Shown: piece by piece, positions 55,361 to 64,000 of the stretch
Layout of the letters: the number at the start of each line of letters is the position of its first letter
Numbering within the stretch: the first letter of the stretch is position 1
Virus record (IMG/VR): IMGVR_UViG_3300020548_000306
Reading direction: 5' to 3' (one strand)
DNA length: 64,000 bases
From: a virus
Notes under the pieces: generated by a model
The model's database searches: none
Told to the model about the DNA's origin: nothing
What the model saw: only the letters and a program-made list of their open reading frames with translations
Made by a program: the position numbers and the translations under genes

Positions 55361-57517
55361 TTAAGCTGAACACCCAAAACACTCGAATTGACTGTCTTTT
55401 GGTTTATCAGCATTTTGTATAATTTGATTAGACGCTAATTTTGAATTTGCTTCTAATTTAGATTTAGTTCTAGTGTAATAAACACCAGTTTTTAATCCAC
55501 CTTTCCACGCATACATAAGTGCACTAGCAATCTTACCATATTTAGCGTCAGAGTGATATAAGTTCAACGACTGTGATTGGTCAACAAATTTGTTTCTGAT
55601 TATCGCTAAATCTAATAATACTCTTTGAGGGATTTCCCAAACATCTTTGTATCTGTATCTAACGTCTTCTGGTATCTCAACAATATTTTGAACACTACCT
55701 TGGTTGGCAATTAATTTATCAATTATTTCTGGCGACCATAAGTTTAATGAAATTAATTCATTTACCAAATATTTGTTTACAACCAAAAATTCTCCTTGAC
55801 CTACACGTCTAGTAAATAAGTTAGCAGTTGCTGGTTCAAATGATTCAAACACACTCAATAATATTGCAGAAGACGCTGTTGGCATAAATCCTAAACCTAA
55901 ACTGTTTAACATTGGAATTGGCTGCCCTTCTGGTAGTGGTGACCAACCTTCGATGTAAGTTTCACCTTTTGAATACGGACTATCTTCCCATGATGGATAG
56001 TTTTTATCTTTTACAATAGCCAATCTCATTGACTCTTCAACGAATGCTTTATACATTGTTTCAGTGATATCTTTGTTCCATTGTTTAGCTTCTTCACTCT
56101 CATAAGAAATTTTTCTTTTAGCAAAGAAGTCAGCCATACCAGCAACACCAATAGCCAATGCTCTTTGGTCCATACCAGCAGCTTCACTCCAATCATCAGA
56201 CCATTTGTTTTTATCAACAACTTTGTTCAATGCTTTAACCAAAATTTTGGTTGATTTAGCAATTGATTCCAAAGAATCTTGTTCAGCCAAATTGATTGAT
56301 GCCAATGTACATTGTGGTGTATACTTAGGTCTAGACGCTTGGAAAATCTCAATACATAAATTAGATTGTTTGATAATACCAATGTTTCTTTGCATGTTGC
56401 GTTTGTTCGCATTATCTTTGAACATAACGTATGGTTTTCCACTTTCTACTTGTGATTTGATAAGTGAGTCAAAGATGTCTTTAGGGTTAACTTTTTTACC
56501 CAATCCTAATTCAACAGCTTTATAATATTCAGCTTCAAATGCCTCTCCATGCAACTCATAAAGTGGTGTTAATCCAGCTTTTTTAATGTCATTTGGACAG
56601 AACAAATACCAATCTTCATTATTTTGTAGTTTTTCCATGAATAAATCATTGATTACTACAGAAGTAAATAAATCTCTAGTTCTTAATTGCTCATCACCAA
56701 TAGGCAACGTTAAATCTAAGAAATCAAAGATATCTCTGTGCCATACTGATAAGTATAATGCACAACTTCCAGAACGAGAACCTTGTTTATAGAATCTCAT
56801 TTTAGCTTGTACCATATCGGCTAATCTTACGACACCACCAGCGTTACCTTTAAACGATTCTACGATACTATCCTTGCTTCTAAGAGGGTCAATTAGTAAT
56901 CCGATACCAGAACCTTCTTTAGATGCAGAAGCTATCTTAGTAAGCGTATTTTCGATTCCTTCAAATGAATCATCTTCCAAGTGTGTTAGGTTGCATGAAA
57001 TCATACCGTTTCTTTCTGGTACACCAGCGTTTGTATAAGTCGGTGTAGCAAAGTTTGCTTTTTTGGTTGTAATTTCATTTAATAACTCTAAATAATCCTC
57101 TTCGTTGTCATTATGTAAATAACCAGCTACACGATTATACATGCATGATGGTAATTCAACTGGTGTTTTATTTTCATCTTTGATTGAATACTTTGTCAAG
57201 AAAGTAGTTGCAGCAAAGAAGTCATAAGTTAAATCAACTGGTTGTAATTCTTTACCAATCAATTTAGATTGTCTAGACAACAAAATTCGACCACCCAATA
57301 ATGAGTAGTCGGAATGTTGTATAATTTTATCAGCAGCTTTGAAAGCAATAATCTCATCAATCTCAGTGGTTGTGATATTATCGTTTATCAAAGGAATCAC
57401 TTCTTGGAATAAAATATCTGAATCAACTTTTAACCCTTTGGCTTGTGTTTTGATTCTAGCTAAAATCTTATTCGGTGTGAACGCTTGTGTTGTTTTATCT
57501 CTTTTTGTTATTCTCAT
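55361..57517 (-). CDS. nrdA: Ribonucleotide reductase class Ia alpha subunit
   Basis: ATP cone, MISCNL, QSNLCIE, CTLASINL, MPTASS, GLKTGVYYTR, C-terminal CFGC. Confidence 0.97.
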   Translation of the reverse strand: MRITKRDKTTQAFTPNKILARIKTQAKGLKVDSDILFQEVIPLINDNITTTEIDEIIAFKAADKIIQHSDYSLLGGRILLSRQSKLIGKELQPVDLTYDFFAATTFLTKYSIKDENKTPVELPSCMYNRVAGYLHNDNEEDYLELLNEITTKKANFATPTYTNAGVPERNGMISCNLTHLEDDSFEGIENTLTKIASASKEGSGIGLLIDPLRSKDSIVESFKGNAGGVVRLADMVQAKMRFYKQGSRSGSCALYLSVWHRDIFDFLDLTLPIGDEQLRTRDLFTSVVINDLFMEKLQNNEDWYLFCPNDIKKAGLTPLYELHGEAFEAEYYKAVELGLGKKVNPKDIFDSLIKSQVESGKPYVMFKDNANKRNMQRNIGIIKQSNLCIEIFQASRPKYTPQCTLASINLAEQDSLESIAKSTKILVKALNKVVDKNKWSDDWSEAAGMDQRALAIGVAGMADFFAKRKISYESEEAKQWNKDITETMYKAFVEESMRLAIVKDKNYPSWEDSPYSKGETYIEGWSPLPEGQPIPMLNSLGLGFMPTASSAILLSVFESFEPATANLFTRRVGQGEFLVVNKYLVNELISLNLWSPEIIDKLIANQGSVQNIVEIPEDVRYRYKDVWEIPQRVLLDLAIIRNKFVDQSQSLNLYHSDAKYGKIASALMYAWKGGLKTGVYYTRTKSKLEANSKLASNQIIQNADKPKDSQFECFGCSA

Positions 57518-57528
57518 AGTAATTTATA

Positions 57529-58482
57529 TTAAAAATCTTCATTAAACATTCCATCTATCGTTGTTGGTATCTCAACTCTAGTATATTCACCCTCTCTTTT
57601 CTCAAAGAAATTATTTTTAGATGATAAACCAATTCTAGACATATATTCTAATGGGTTTCTAGCATTGAACTCAGTTTTGCAACCAAAATCATTCAAAACG
57701 ATATCAGTAACATACTGTACGTATTTAACCATATCTTGCTTTGTAAGACCTTGTAAACCATCTGGCATACTTTGTTCAACAAATAGTTTTTCTGCTTCGT
57801 AGCAGCTTAAAATAATGTTTCTAAGTTCATCTTTTGATAGCTTATATTCATCTTTTAAGTAGTTTTTATACAAGTTAAGTGCAAATTCATAATGGAATGT
57901 TTCATCACGTAGAATCAATTCATTCATTGCACCTAAACCTGGCATTTTGTTACGACTTCTGTACCAGAAAACCCCAGAGAAAACACTAGCAAAAGATATT
58001 CCTTCTACACAAGCAAAAGCAATAAGTCTGTGACCAAATGATGGATGACTAATCCAATTTTCAGCCCATGCTGCTTTTTTAGCAACTGCTGGATTTGTTT
58101 CCATTGAATTAAATAGTTCTTCTCTTTCGGTTAAGTTCTTGATATAAGTCTCAATCAATAAAGAGTAACCATTAGCATGTACTTGCTCAATAAATGCTTG
58201 GTGACCATAGAAGTATTGTGCTTCTAGGATTTCAACTTCATTTAAAAAGTTTGTTGCTAAATTATCAATTACTAACCCATCTGAAATTGCGAAGAAAGCT
58301 AATATATTTTTTAAGTATATTTTTTCTTCTTCTTTCAATTCATCAAATCTATCTTTAGATAAATCTGGTTCTTCAGCCACCCATGTTTGTGCTTCAGCTT
58401 TTTTGTACATCTCCCATAAATCATTGTGTATGATTGGGAAAATGGAATACCTTTTTTTTAATGTCTTGTCTTTTAAATACAT
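57529..58482 (-). CDS. nrdB: Ribonucleotide reductase class Ia beta subunit
   Basis: FFAISDG, EQVHANGY (radical Tyr), VEGISF, RDETFH. Confidence 0.97.
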   Translation of the reverse strand: MYLKDKTLKKRYSIFPIIHNDLWEMYKKAEAQTWVAEEPDLSKDRFDELKEEEKIYLKNILAFFAISDGLVIDNLATNFLNEVEILEAQYFYGHQAFIEQVHANGYSLLIETYIKNLTEREELFNSMETNPAVAKKAAWAENWISHPSFGHRLIAFACVEGISFASVFSGVFWYRSRNKMPGLGAMNELILRDETFHYEFALNLYKNYLKDEYKLSKDELRNIILSCYEAEKLFVEQSMPDGLQGLTKQDMVKYVQYVTDIVLNDFGCKTEFNARNPLEYMSRIGLSSKNNFFEKREGEYTRVEIPTTIDGMFNEDF

Positions 58483-58504
58483 TCTTTTTTTTGTTTTTTA
58501 ATTA

Positions 58505-59923
58505 TTATTCTTCTTTTGGAACATTTAAAGCATTTAACACATTGTCTCTAGTTTTACTAGCATCAAAAACAGATGCAACTCTTTTAGTTTCGTTGACAGT
58601 TTTATCGTTTTTGTGTTGTGTTTGTGTTTTAGCACCACTACTTTGACCCATATCTATTTGTATCTTAGCATTGTCAAATCTAATATTTTCAAAGATAATA
58701 CCAGATTTACCAAAACGTGATTTCAAAACAGCCATAGTTGCAGTGTTATCATTCTTTTGGTCTAATGTTTTTGCAATAGAAACAACAAAGTGTGCAATTT
58801 GTGCTTTCTTAATTGAACCACCCATTTGGTCAGCCTCAACAACATCAGCTTTGATTGAACTTCTGTTACCTTGAATTGCTGTCCATCCAGCTATGTCTAA
58901 TTCAGAGAGCATTGCTTCAAATTGTCTCATAACGCTGCCTTCACCAGCATTAACATCATCAAACTTTCTAGATGGTTCAACACAATCTATGTAATCTAAT
59001 AATATAATATCTGGATACCAACCTTGTGCTATTAGTTTCCTAACATATTGTCTAATGACTGGAATAGTAGTACCATCACTTGAAAACTTTTTAAGTTTCA
59101 ATTGACCTTTACCATTTGTCATCTCTTCAACCATTTTCATAAGGTCTTCTTTGTGAAACGATAATGAATTTAAGTCAAAACCAGACCAACATGATAAATG
59201 CTTTCTTTGGATAACTTTTGGGTTATCTTCAAAGAATATTTGTAAAACTTTCAGCCCTTGATTCATAGCTGAATTTGCAATTTTTGTAATCATTGTTGTT
59301 TTACCAACACCGAAAGGAGCTAATATGGTAGCTAATTCTGTTTTAGCTAAACCACCGTCCATAATCTCGTCTAAACCTTTAATACCAGTTGGTATTGGTT
59401 TTCTAAAATCTTCTTCTAAAACTGTATCTATACTATCAAAAACGTTCATACCATCGTCTTTATTGTCACCATGCTCTAAAGCTTTTCTTAAAATAGCTTC
59501 ACATTGTTCATAATCTTCGATGTTACCTTTGCTTATGATTTTATTAATCTCAGTAATAGATTTTTTCATTTCTTGCTGCTTACAAAATTTCATAGCTATA
59601 TCTTTGATTTTATAACTATCATTTAAATCAGCTTCTTGTATTTTTCTAAGTTGAGATATTAAGTACTTTCTTTGCTGCTCGTTATCAACATCCTCTAATA
59701 ATCTAATTTGTAAACTACTAAAATCTGGGATAACGTCATCTTTGTCTTTAGCTTCTTTCAACGTGGCAACTACGATACGTAAATACGCATCTTCAAAATA
59801 ATTTGGGTCTACTATGTCTAAAATGTTATTAGCGAATCGTCTATCTGTTAACATTTGTGCTATGAATCTTAACTGATAATCATAACCCAAATAAGCCAAA
59901 CTATTTTTATCTATTTTTGCCAT
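58505..59923 (-). CDS. dnaB: Replicative helicase (DnaB / T4 gp41-like)
   Basis: IPTGIKGLD, Walker A APFGVGKT, LDYID, WTAIQGNR, KSRFG. Confidence 0.93.
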   Translation of the reverse strand: MAKIDKNSLAYLGYDYQLRFIAQMLTDRRFANNILDIVDPNYFEDAYLRIVVATLKEAKDKDDVIPDFSSLQIRLLEDVDNEQQRKYLISQLRKIQEADLNDSYKIKDIAMKFCKQQEMKKSITEINKIISKGNIEDYEQCEAILRKALEHGDNKDDGMNVFDSIDTVLEEDFRKPIPTGIKGLDEIMDGGLAKTELATILAPFGVGKTTMITKIANSAMNQGLKVLQIFFEDNPKVIQRKHLSCWSGFDLNSLSFHKEDLMKMVEEMTNGKGQLKLKKFSSDGTTIPVIRQYVRKLIAQGWYPDIILLDYIDCVEPSRKFDDVNAGEGSVMRQFEAMLSELDIAGWTAIQGNRSSIKADVVEADQMGGSIKKAQIAHFVVSIAKTLDQKNDNTATMAVLKSRFGKSGIIFENIRFDNAKIQIDMGQSSGAKTQTQHKNDKTVNETKRVASVFDASKTRDNVLNALNVPKEE

Positions 59924-59950
59924 TATTTTATTTTTTAAAAACTTGTTATT

Positions 59951-59958
59951 ATAAATAT
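59951..59958 (-). promoter_or_regulatory. ATATTTAT phage promoter-like motif
   Basis: 27 nt upstream of the helicase ATG. Confidence 0.45.
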
Positions 59959-59970
59959 ATGATGGTTGGC

Positions 59971-60459
59971 CTAAGCACCAACCATCGTATATGATTTTTG
60001 ACTAAAGTAACCTCTTATCTCATTCATGATTGATGGGATAATCTCTCTAACATCTACAGAATACCTAACTTTAGGTGGAAATAAGTTGCCGCTGAACTCA
60101 CTTTTTATAACTGATTTTTTATCAACTTTAATTTCGAATTGGAAATTATCTACTTTATCAGTTGTTGGTTTTGCTACCTCTTCACTAGGTACCATGTATG
60201 GGTTAAAATTACCCCATAAATATTCCATAGATTTCTTTTGAAGATACTTAGGTATAATACCTAAACTACCAAAATCACCGTTACTAAGGCCAGTAATTCT
60301 ATCTACTAACTCTTTTAATTCAAAAGACTTTAATATTTCTTCGTTGTAATCACGAATGTTAAAATATCTCTGACAAATTATATTGTTATTAATGTACAAT
60401 ACAAATTCAAATCTTTGTTCTTCAAACTTTTTTGAAGTGTTTTCTCTTTCTGTGCTCAT
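59971..60459 (-). CDS. Hypothetical protein in the replication cluster
   Basis: 162-aa ORF between the exonuclease and helicase. Confidence 0.75.
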   Translation of the reverse strand: MSTERENTSKKFEEQRFEFVLYINNNIICQRYFNIRDYNEEILKSFELKELVDRITGLSNGDFGSLGIIPKYLQKKSMEYLWGNFNPYMVPSEEVAKPTTDKVDNFQFEIKVDKKSVIKSEFSGNLFPPKVRYSVDVREIIPSIMNEIRGYFSQKSYTMVGA

Positions 60460-60469
60460 ATATTCTATT

Positions 60470-61522
60470 TTAAATTAAGTTTTTTTCTCTTTCTATTAAT
60501 TTTTTAAAAGGTACTAAGTAATCTTCATTTCTTACTTCACCTATTATCTTGTCAATTCCGTCTTCATGCATGTATTGTGCTATTTTCTTTATGTTTCTAC
60601 CAGTACCATCCAAAGTACCGTTTTTTAATCTTTCTAACTCAATTATTGCATTTTCTGAAATCATTGGATGCTTTAAATTTACAAGTCTATTGTTAATCTC
60701 ATAAATCTTTTCGCCTTGTACACCATCAGTAACTCCGTTAATGATGTTGTTTAGAACCGTTAAAGGTTTCTTTTTTTCTGTTAATCTTTGTTCTTGCAAT
60801 TTTTTTGCTTCATCTATTATTTCATTTAAAGTTAATACTCCTTCTTTTAACTGTGGGAAGTGTTGCAGCAATGTTTTTAACCCTAACCCTTTAATCCCTT
60901 TTATCACATCTGATGTGTCGCCAATCATTGTTTTTATTAGGGCAGCATTTTCGACATGATAACTAAAGTACGAAGAAAAGTTGTTAATATCAACATAATT
61001 CTTAATATGTAGAAAATAAATTTTAATATCTTCGTTGATTAGTTGAGCCATATCTGTATCGTTCGTACAAATAGTGATTTTTTCATTTGGTTCTTTATTA
61101 AGACAATAATATGCTATTAGGTCATCACCTTCAATATAGTCATAGTTAAATTGCCTCACATAAAATTCATTTAAGTAAGACCAGATTTTTTGTAATTGTA
61201 TTGCTTGTTCTTCGTCAATAGACTCTGTTAGATTAACGAAATCTTTGTTTCTGTTACTCTTGTATGGCTCGTATATTTTAAACCTTTCTAAGCCGCTTAA
61301 TTTACCATCCCAAAATATATAGACTTGATGGTATAAATCTTCCACTAGCATTTTTCTAACTAGTGTGATAAACTGGTATAAAGCTCCAACAAATTCTCCT
61401 TTGTCGTTGTATTCATCTTTGGCACCAGCAAATGCTCTTTTGAAAAGAGCATTGCCATCTACCAATAATGTATTTTTTATTTTTTTTAACGCTTCACCAT
61501 TTCTTGGTGGTCTTTTATTCAC
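60470..61522 (-). CDS. 5'-3' exonuclease / flap endonuclease (T4 RNase H / Pol I N-terminal family)
   Basis: LLVDGN, FWDG, YKSNR, EGDD, NDTD, GDTSD..KGIKGLGLKT; GTG start. Confidence 0.92.
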   Translation of the reverse strand: MNKRPPRNGEALKKIKNTLLVDGNALFKRAFAGAKDEYNDKGEFVGALYQFITLVRKMLVEDLYHQVYIFWDGKLSGLERFKIYEPYKSNRNKDFVNLTESIDEEQAIQLQKIWSYLNEFYVRQFNYDYIEGDDLIAYYCLNKEPNEKITICTNDTDMAQLINEDIKIYFLHIKNYVDINNFSSYFSYHVENAALIKTMIGDTSDVIKGIKGLGLKTLLQHFPQLKEGVLTLNEIIDEAKKLQEQRLTEKKKPLTVLNNIINGVTDGVQGEKIYEINNRLVNLKHPMISENAIIELERLKNGTLDGTGRNIKKIAQYMHEDGIDKIIGEVRNEDYLVPFKKLIEREKNLI

Positions 61523-61551
61523 AGCATAAATTTTAATTGTTAAACAATTGA

Positions 61552-62649
61552 TTAAGCAGACATATCTTCTCTGCTCAACCCTATCTCTTCGGTTTGGATT
61601 TCAAAATCACCATAACCCATATCTAAATGACTACCCAAGAAATCTTTGTATTCTTTTTTGTATTCATCAATTTTATTTGGGTTCCAATAACCGTGTGGTG
61701 TTGACGCAATAGTTCCTTTTTGTTCCACACCATTAACTTGGTTTTTCTCACATCTGATTCTAGTTACAACACCAAACTGATATTCACTACCTTTGTTTAC
61801 TGCTTTTAATTTATCTGTTGAGTGAGTTAAGATACCACCAAAATGGAATATCATTCTAGGTGAGTAGAAAAACGCTTCACCACCTTTGTGTTTAATAACT
61901 TTATTTTCGTTATCTAACCAAATTTGCTGCACAACAGCAAAACTTGCTGTGTAGGTTGAATCTTCACGTCTAGAAGCTGGAATTCTATAGTTTATTAACG
62001 ATTTGAAACATGTCGCTAATGCACCAGCTGTCCATTGGTTGTTAGTAGTTTTAGATGTCGCACCTTTGAAACAGTTAATTGAACCAACTGAATCCCAAAA
62101 GAAAGCTACGTTTCTAGGTAGTGTACCTTCTTGTTGTGCATCCATCATAGTATTCATGTGAAATGAAATGTCTTCAACCACTGGTTCATACCTTAATGGT
62201 TTAGTCATCATTTTACTATGTTGGTGGTCGTAAGTAGAATACATTCTTAATAAGTCTGGTCCTTGTAAAAATATGAAGTCACCAACATAATTTACTTCAC
62301 CAGTTTCTTCATCAACTGTTTCTTCAAATTCAACACCAATGTTTTTAGCGTGTGTCCAGTTCCAGTTACCTTCAGTTTCATAAATAATAGGTAAAATACC
62401 TAATTTTTGACAACCAGCGATAGCTTCATATATAGCAGTTGATTTACCAGTATTTGAATAACCTCTAAAACTAGTAAAATAACCGATTGGAATCCCAGGT
62501 ACCTTAACAGCATCATGAAAAGCTTCAGACAATGGAATCCATGCCAATTCTTTTTCTCTTATTTGAAAATCTAATCCTTGTGATTTTTTAAATGCACTTA
62601 AATCAAATTCTTTTTTTTCTATAGGACTTTTTGTAGGTTTTTTAGCCAT
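61552..62649 (-). CDS. recA: RecA/UvsX-like recombinase
   Basis: Walker A GYSNTGKS, YETEG, FFWDSVGS, KGG, EKNQVNG. Confidence 0.85.
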   Translation of the reverse strand: MAKKPTKSPIEKKEFDLSAFKKSQGLDFQIREKELAWIPLSEAFHDAVKVPGIPIGYFTSFRGYSNTGKSTAIYEAIAGCQKLGILPIIYETEGNWNWTHAKNIGVEFEETVDEETGEVNYVGDFIFLQGPDLLRMYSTYDHQHSKMMTKPLRYEPVVEDISFHMNTMMDAQQEGTLPRNVAFFWDSVGSINCFKGATSKTTNNQWTAGALATCFKSLINYRIPASRREDSTYTASFAVVQQIWLDNENKVIKHKGGEAFFYSPRMIFHFGGILTHSTDKLKAVNKGSEYQFGVVTRIRCEKNQVNGVEQKGTIASTPHGYWNPNKIDEYKKEYKDFLGSHLDMGYGDFEIQTEEIGLSREDMSA

Positions 62650-62684
62650 TACTTTTAATTTTTAATACTTTATTATTTTAGAAC

Positions 62685-62711
62685 AAAAAAGAGGTTCGAA
62701 AACCTCTTTTT
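62685..62711 (-). terminator. Intrinsic terminator of the SSB gene
   Basis: AAAAAGAGGTT-TTCG-AACCTCTTTTT. Confidence 0.85.
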
Positions 62712-62726
62712 AATTCTTTGTTTACC

Positions 62727-63653
62727 TTAGAAAGGTAAATCATAATCATCTTCTTCAGATGTTGCAGCAGTTTCATTAACAACTGGTTCAGCTTTAGTTG
62801 TAGAAGCACTTTGGATATTAGCTTTTACATTTTCAACTCCCATTGTTAATTCTTGTTCCATTTTTGAATCTTCAGAGGATGCATTGTTTTTCAAAGTTTC
62901 TTTGTCAACAAATTTTTTCTCATCTTTATCCCATACTGGAATACCACCTTTAACAATGATTTCTAAATATTCATAAGATTTTACTGAATATACATCTTCC
63001 CAAGTTCTTGAGTCAGATAACCATTCTTCTTTGATTTCATTATCAGTGTGTAATGGTGTTGCATCCATTGAAACGATTGCTGATACTACTGGAATGTTGT
63101 TTTGATTTCTATTAATTGTAATAGCTAAATCTCTACCATTTTCTGGGTCTGTAAAATTACGGTTAGTTTTTAACGCTGTTAAAACTCCATGAATTTTATC
63201 ATAAACACCCTCTTTACGATAATCATGATTAAATCTCCAGAACTTAACTCCTTCGTCTTCACGTTCTCTGTCAATTACTTTAACAACATACATTTGACGT
63301 GCTTTGTATTTTTTAGCTAATTCTTTGTCAGATTCTTTACCAGTTGCTCTTAACGCATCGTAAGCTTCGCAAAATGGACATGGTTCGTTTTTCTCATGTT
63401 TTAAACATGCAAAAGTTTTGTACTCACCGTCAATTAAGACTTTGTGACCATGTACTTCTACGAATGGAGAAGAACCATCTTGTGTAGGTAAAATTCTGAT
63501 TTCTTTAACTGCACTTTTTACACCTTCTTTGATGTAAGTGTTGAAATAATTTTTAAGGTCGTAAACCTTTTCAGCCTTTTTTTCGAACTTAGGCGAATTG
63601 TTCTTTTCGTACTGTGCTAACATTTCTGATAGCGTGTCTTTTTGATTACTCAT
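62727..63653 (-). CDS. T4 gp32-like single-stranded DNA-binding protein
   Basis: IRILP, FVEVHGH, CL..EKNEPCPFC, DPENGRDL, acidic tail EEDDYDLPF. Confidence 0.88.
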   Translation of the reverse strand: MSNQKDTLSEMLAQYEKNNSPKFEKKAEKVYDLKNYFNTYIKEGVKSAVKEIRILPTQDGSSPFVEVHGHKVLIDGEYKTFACLKHEKNEPCPFCEAYDALRATGKESDKELAKKYKARQMYVVKVIDREREDEGVKFWRFNHDYRKEGVYDKIHGVLTALKTNRNFTDPENGRDLAITINRNQNNIPVVSAIVSMDATPLHTDNEIKEEWLSDSRTWEDVYSVKSYEYLEIIVKGGIPVWDKDEKKFVDKETLKNNASSEDSKMEQELTMGVENVKANIQSASTTKAEPVVNETAATSEEDDYDLPF

Positions 63654-63710
63654 TTTTACTCTTTTTTTTTTACTGTTATTACTTATTTATTTTACTTTTA
63701 AAATCTAAAT

Positions 63711-63740
63711 TAAATATACTTCAAAATTTGAAAAAGTCAA
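63711..63740 (-). promoter_or_regulatory. SigmaA-type promoter variant (proximal) with a palindrome in the spacer
   Basis: TTGACT-N16-TATATTTA; spacer contains TTCAAA-N-TTTGAA. Confidence 0.55.
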
Positions 63741-63767
63741 GTATCTGAAACATAAATTTTATTGTTT

Positions 63768-63798
63768 CTAATATACTACACTAATTAACTAAATGCAA
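63768..63798 (-). promoter_or_regulatory. SigmaA-type promoter variant (distal)
   Basis: TTGCAT-N17-TATATTAG. Confidence 0.5.
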
Positions 63799-63812
63799 AT
63801 TTTTTTAAAACA

Positions 63813-63843
63813 AAATAAAAAAAAATCCTCAGTTAAGAGGATT
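63813..63843 (-). terminator. Intrinsic terminator
   Basis: AATCCTC-TTAACT-GAGGATT plus long U-tract. Confidence 0.75.
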
Positions 63844-63847
63844 TAAT

Positions 63848-64000
63848 TTATTTAATATCTTCTTCATCGTAGTCGTTAAAACTATTTTTGATGTCTTCAT
63901 CACTGAATTCATCAACATCTTTTTGTGTTAAAACGTATTCTTTTTCTTTTTCATCTTGTTCGTCTTTATCTTCCCAATATTCACTTATAGGTATATTGAA
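63848..64000 (-). CDS. C-terminal end of an acidic hypothetical protein, truncated by the window edge
   Basis: Open frame FNIPISEYWEDKDEQDEKEKEYVLTQKDVDEFSDEDIKNSFNDYDEEDIK* followed by a terminator. Confidence 0.65.
   Translation of the reverse strand, partial: FNIPISEYWEDKDEQDEKEKEYVLTQKDVDEFSDEDIKNSFNDYDEEDIK

Noticed and set aside
4726-56442. Short minus-strand ORFs nested out of frame in real genes (4726..4929, 13647..13859, 30414..30599, 31987..32172, 43399..43602, 56026..56220, 56227..56442)
   Set aside because: Fully overlapped by better-supported CDSs, with no recognisable motifs or slippery-site evidence
55361-59923. Inteins or group I introns in nrdA, nrdB or the helicase
   Set aside because: ORFs are uninterrupted and of ordinary size, with no C/S...HN splice motifs or LAGLIDADG/HNH inserts seen
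400-60959. The many short plus-strand ORFs in the ORF track (e.g. 2380..2664, 3706..4029, 13721..14071, 21880..22308, 27102..27509, 56205..56525)
   Set aside because: They are antisense shadows of clear minus-strand genes, with Ser/Leu/Phe-rich composition typical of reverse-complement AT-rich codons and no promoter or terminator support
62685-62711. GGTTCGAA as a tRNA T-arm
   Set aside because: It is the loop of an A/T-flanked terminator hairpin after the SSB gene
1-64000. Stop-codon reassignment (alternative genetic code), as in some large phages
   Set aside because: Conserved enzymes (NrdA, NrdB, helicase, primase, sigma) are full length in code 11, and TAA, TAG and TGA all end well-packed genes

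Overview
AT-rich, gene-dense segment of a large (jumbo/huge) tailed dsDNA phage with a contractile-type baseplate. The host is very likely a Bacteroidota: the window has TTG-N19/20-TAnnTTTG promoters, a Bacteroidota-type sigmaA homologue, an Hc1 histone-like protein, an SCKK lipobox and SprB-like repeats. Almost all genes are on the minus strand, in the standard genetic code. Left to right: (1) small accessory genes, a DUF2828 (TROVE-like + vWA) protein with an adjacent candidate structured small RNA, a lipoprotein and RNase HII; (2) a complete phage-encoded two-component system (2TM-GAF-PAS-histidine kinase, stand-alone receiver, coiled-coil 2TM protein) between a GH24 lysozyme and a YkuD-like cell-wall enzyme; (3) acidic proteins with xxE-type leaders that look head-packaged, a tail-tube paralogue and a second lysis-like module; (4) sigma70, SbcC/SbcD, a PD-(D/E)XK nuclease, a GNAT, primase and RuvC; (5) a ~28 kb baseplate/tail-appendage cluster including a three-gene MYFFD paralogue family; (6) nrdA/nrdB, helicase, 5'-3' exonuclease, RecA/UvsX and a gp32-like SSB. 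A second promoter-like motif, (A/G)TATTTAT, precedes many structural and lysis genes. I saw no tRNA, CRISPR array, intron, intein or transposase. All assignments come from reading motifs by eye; no database searches were run.
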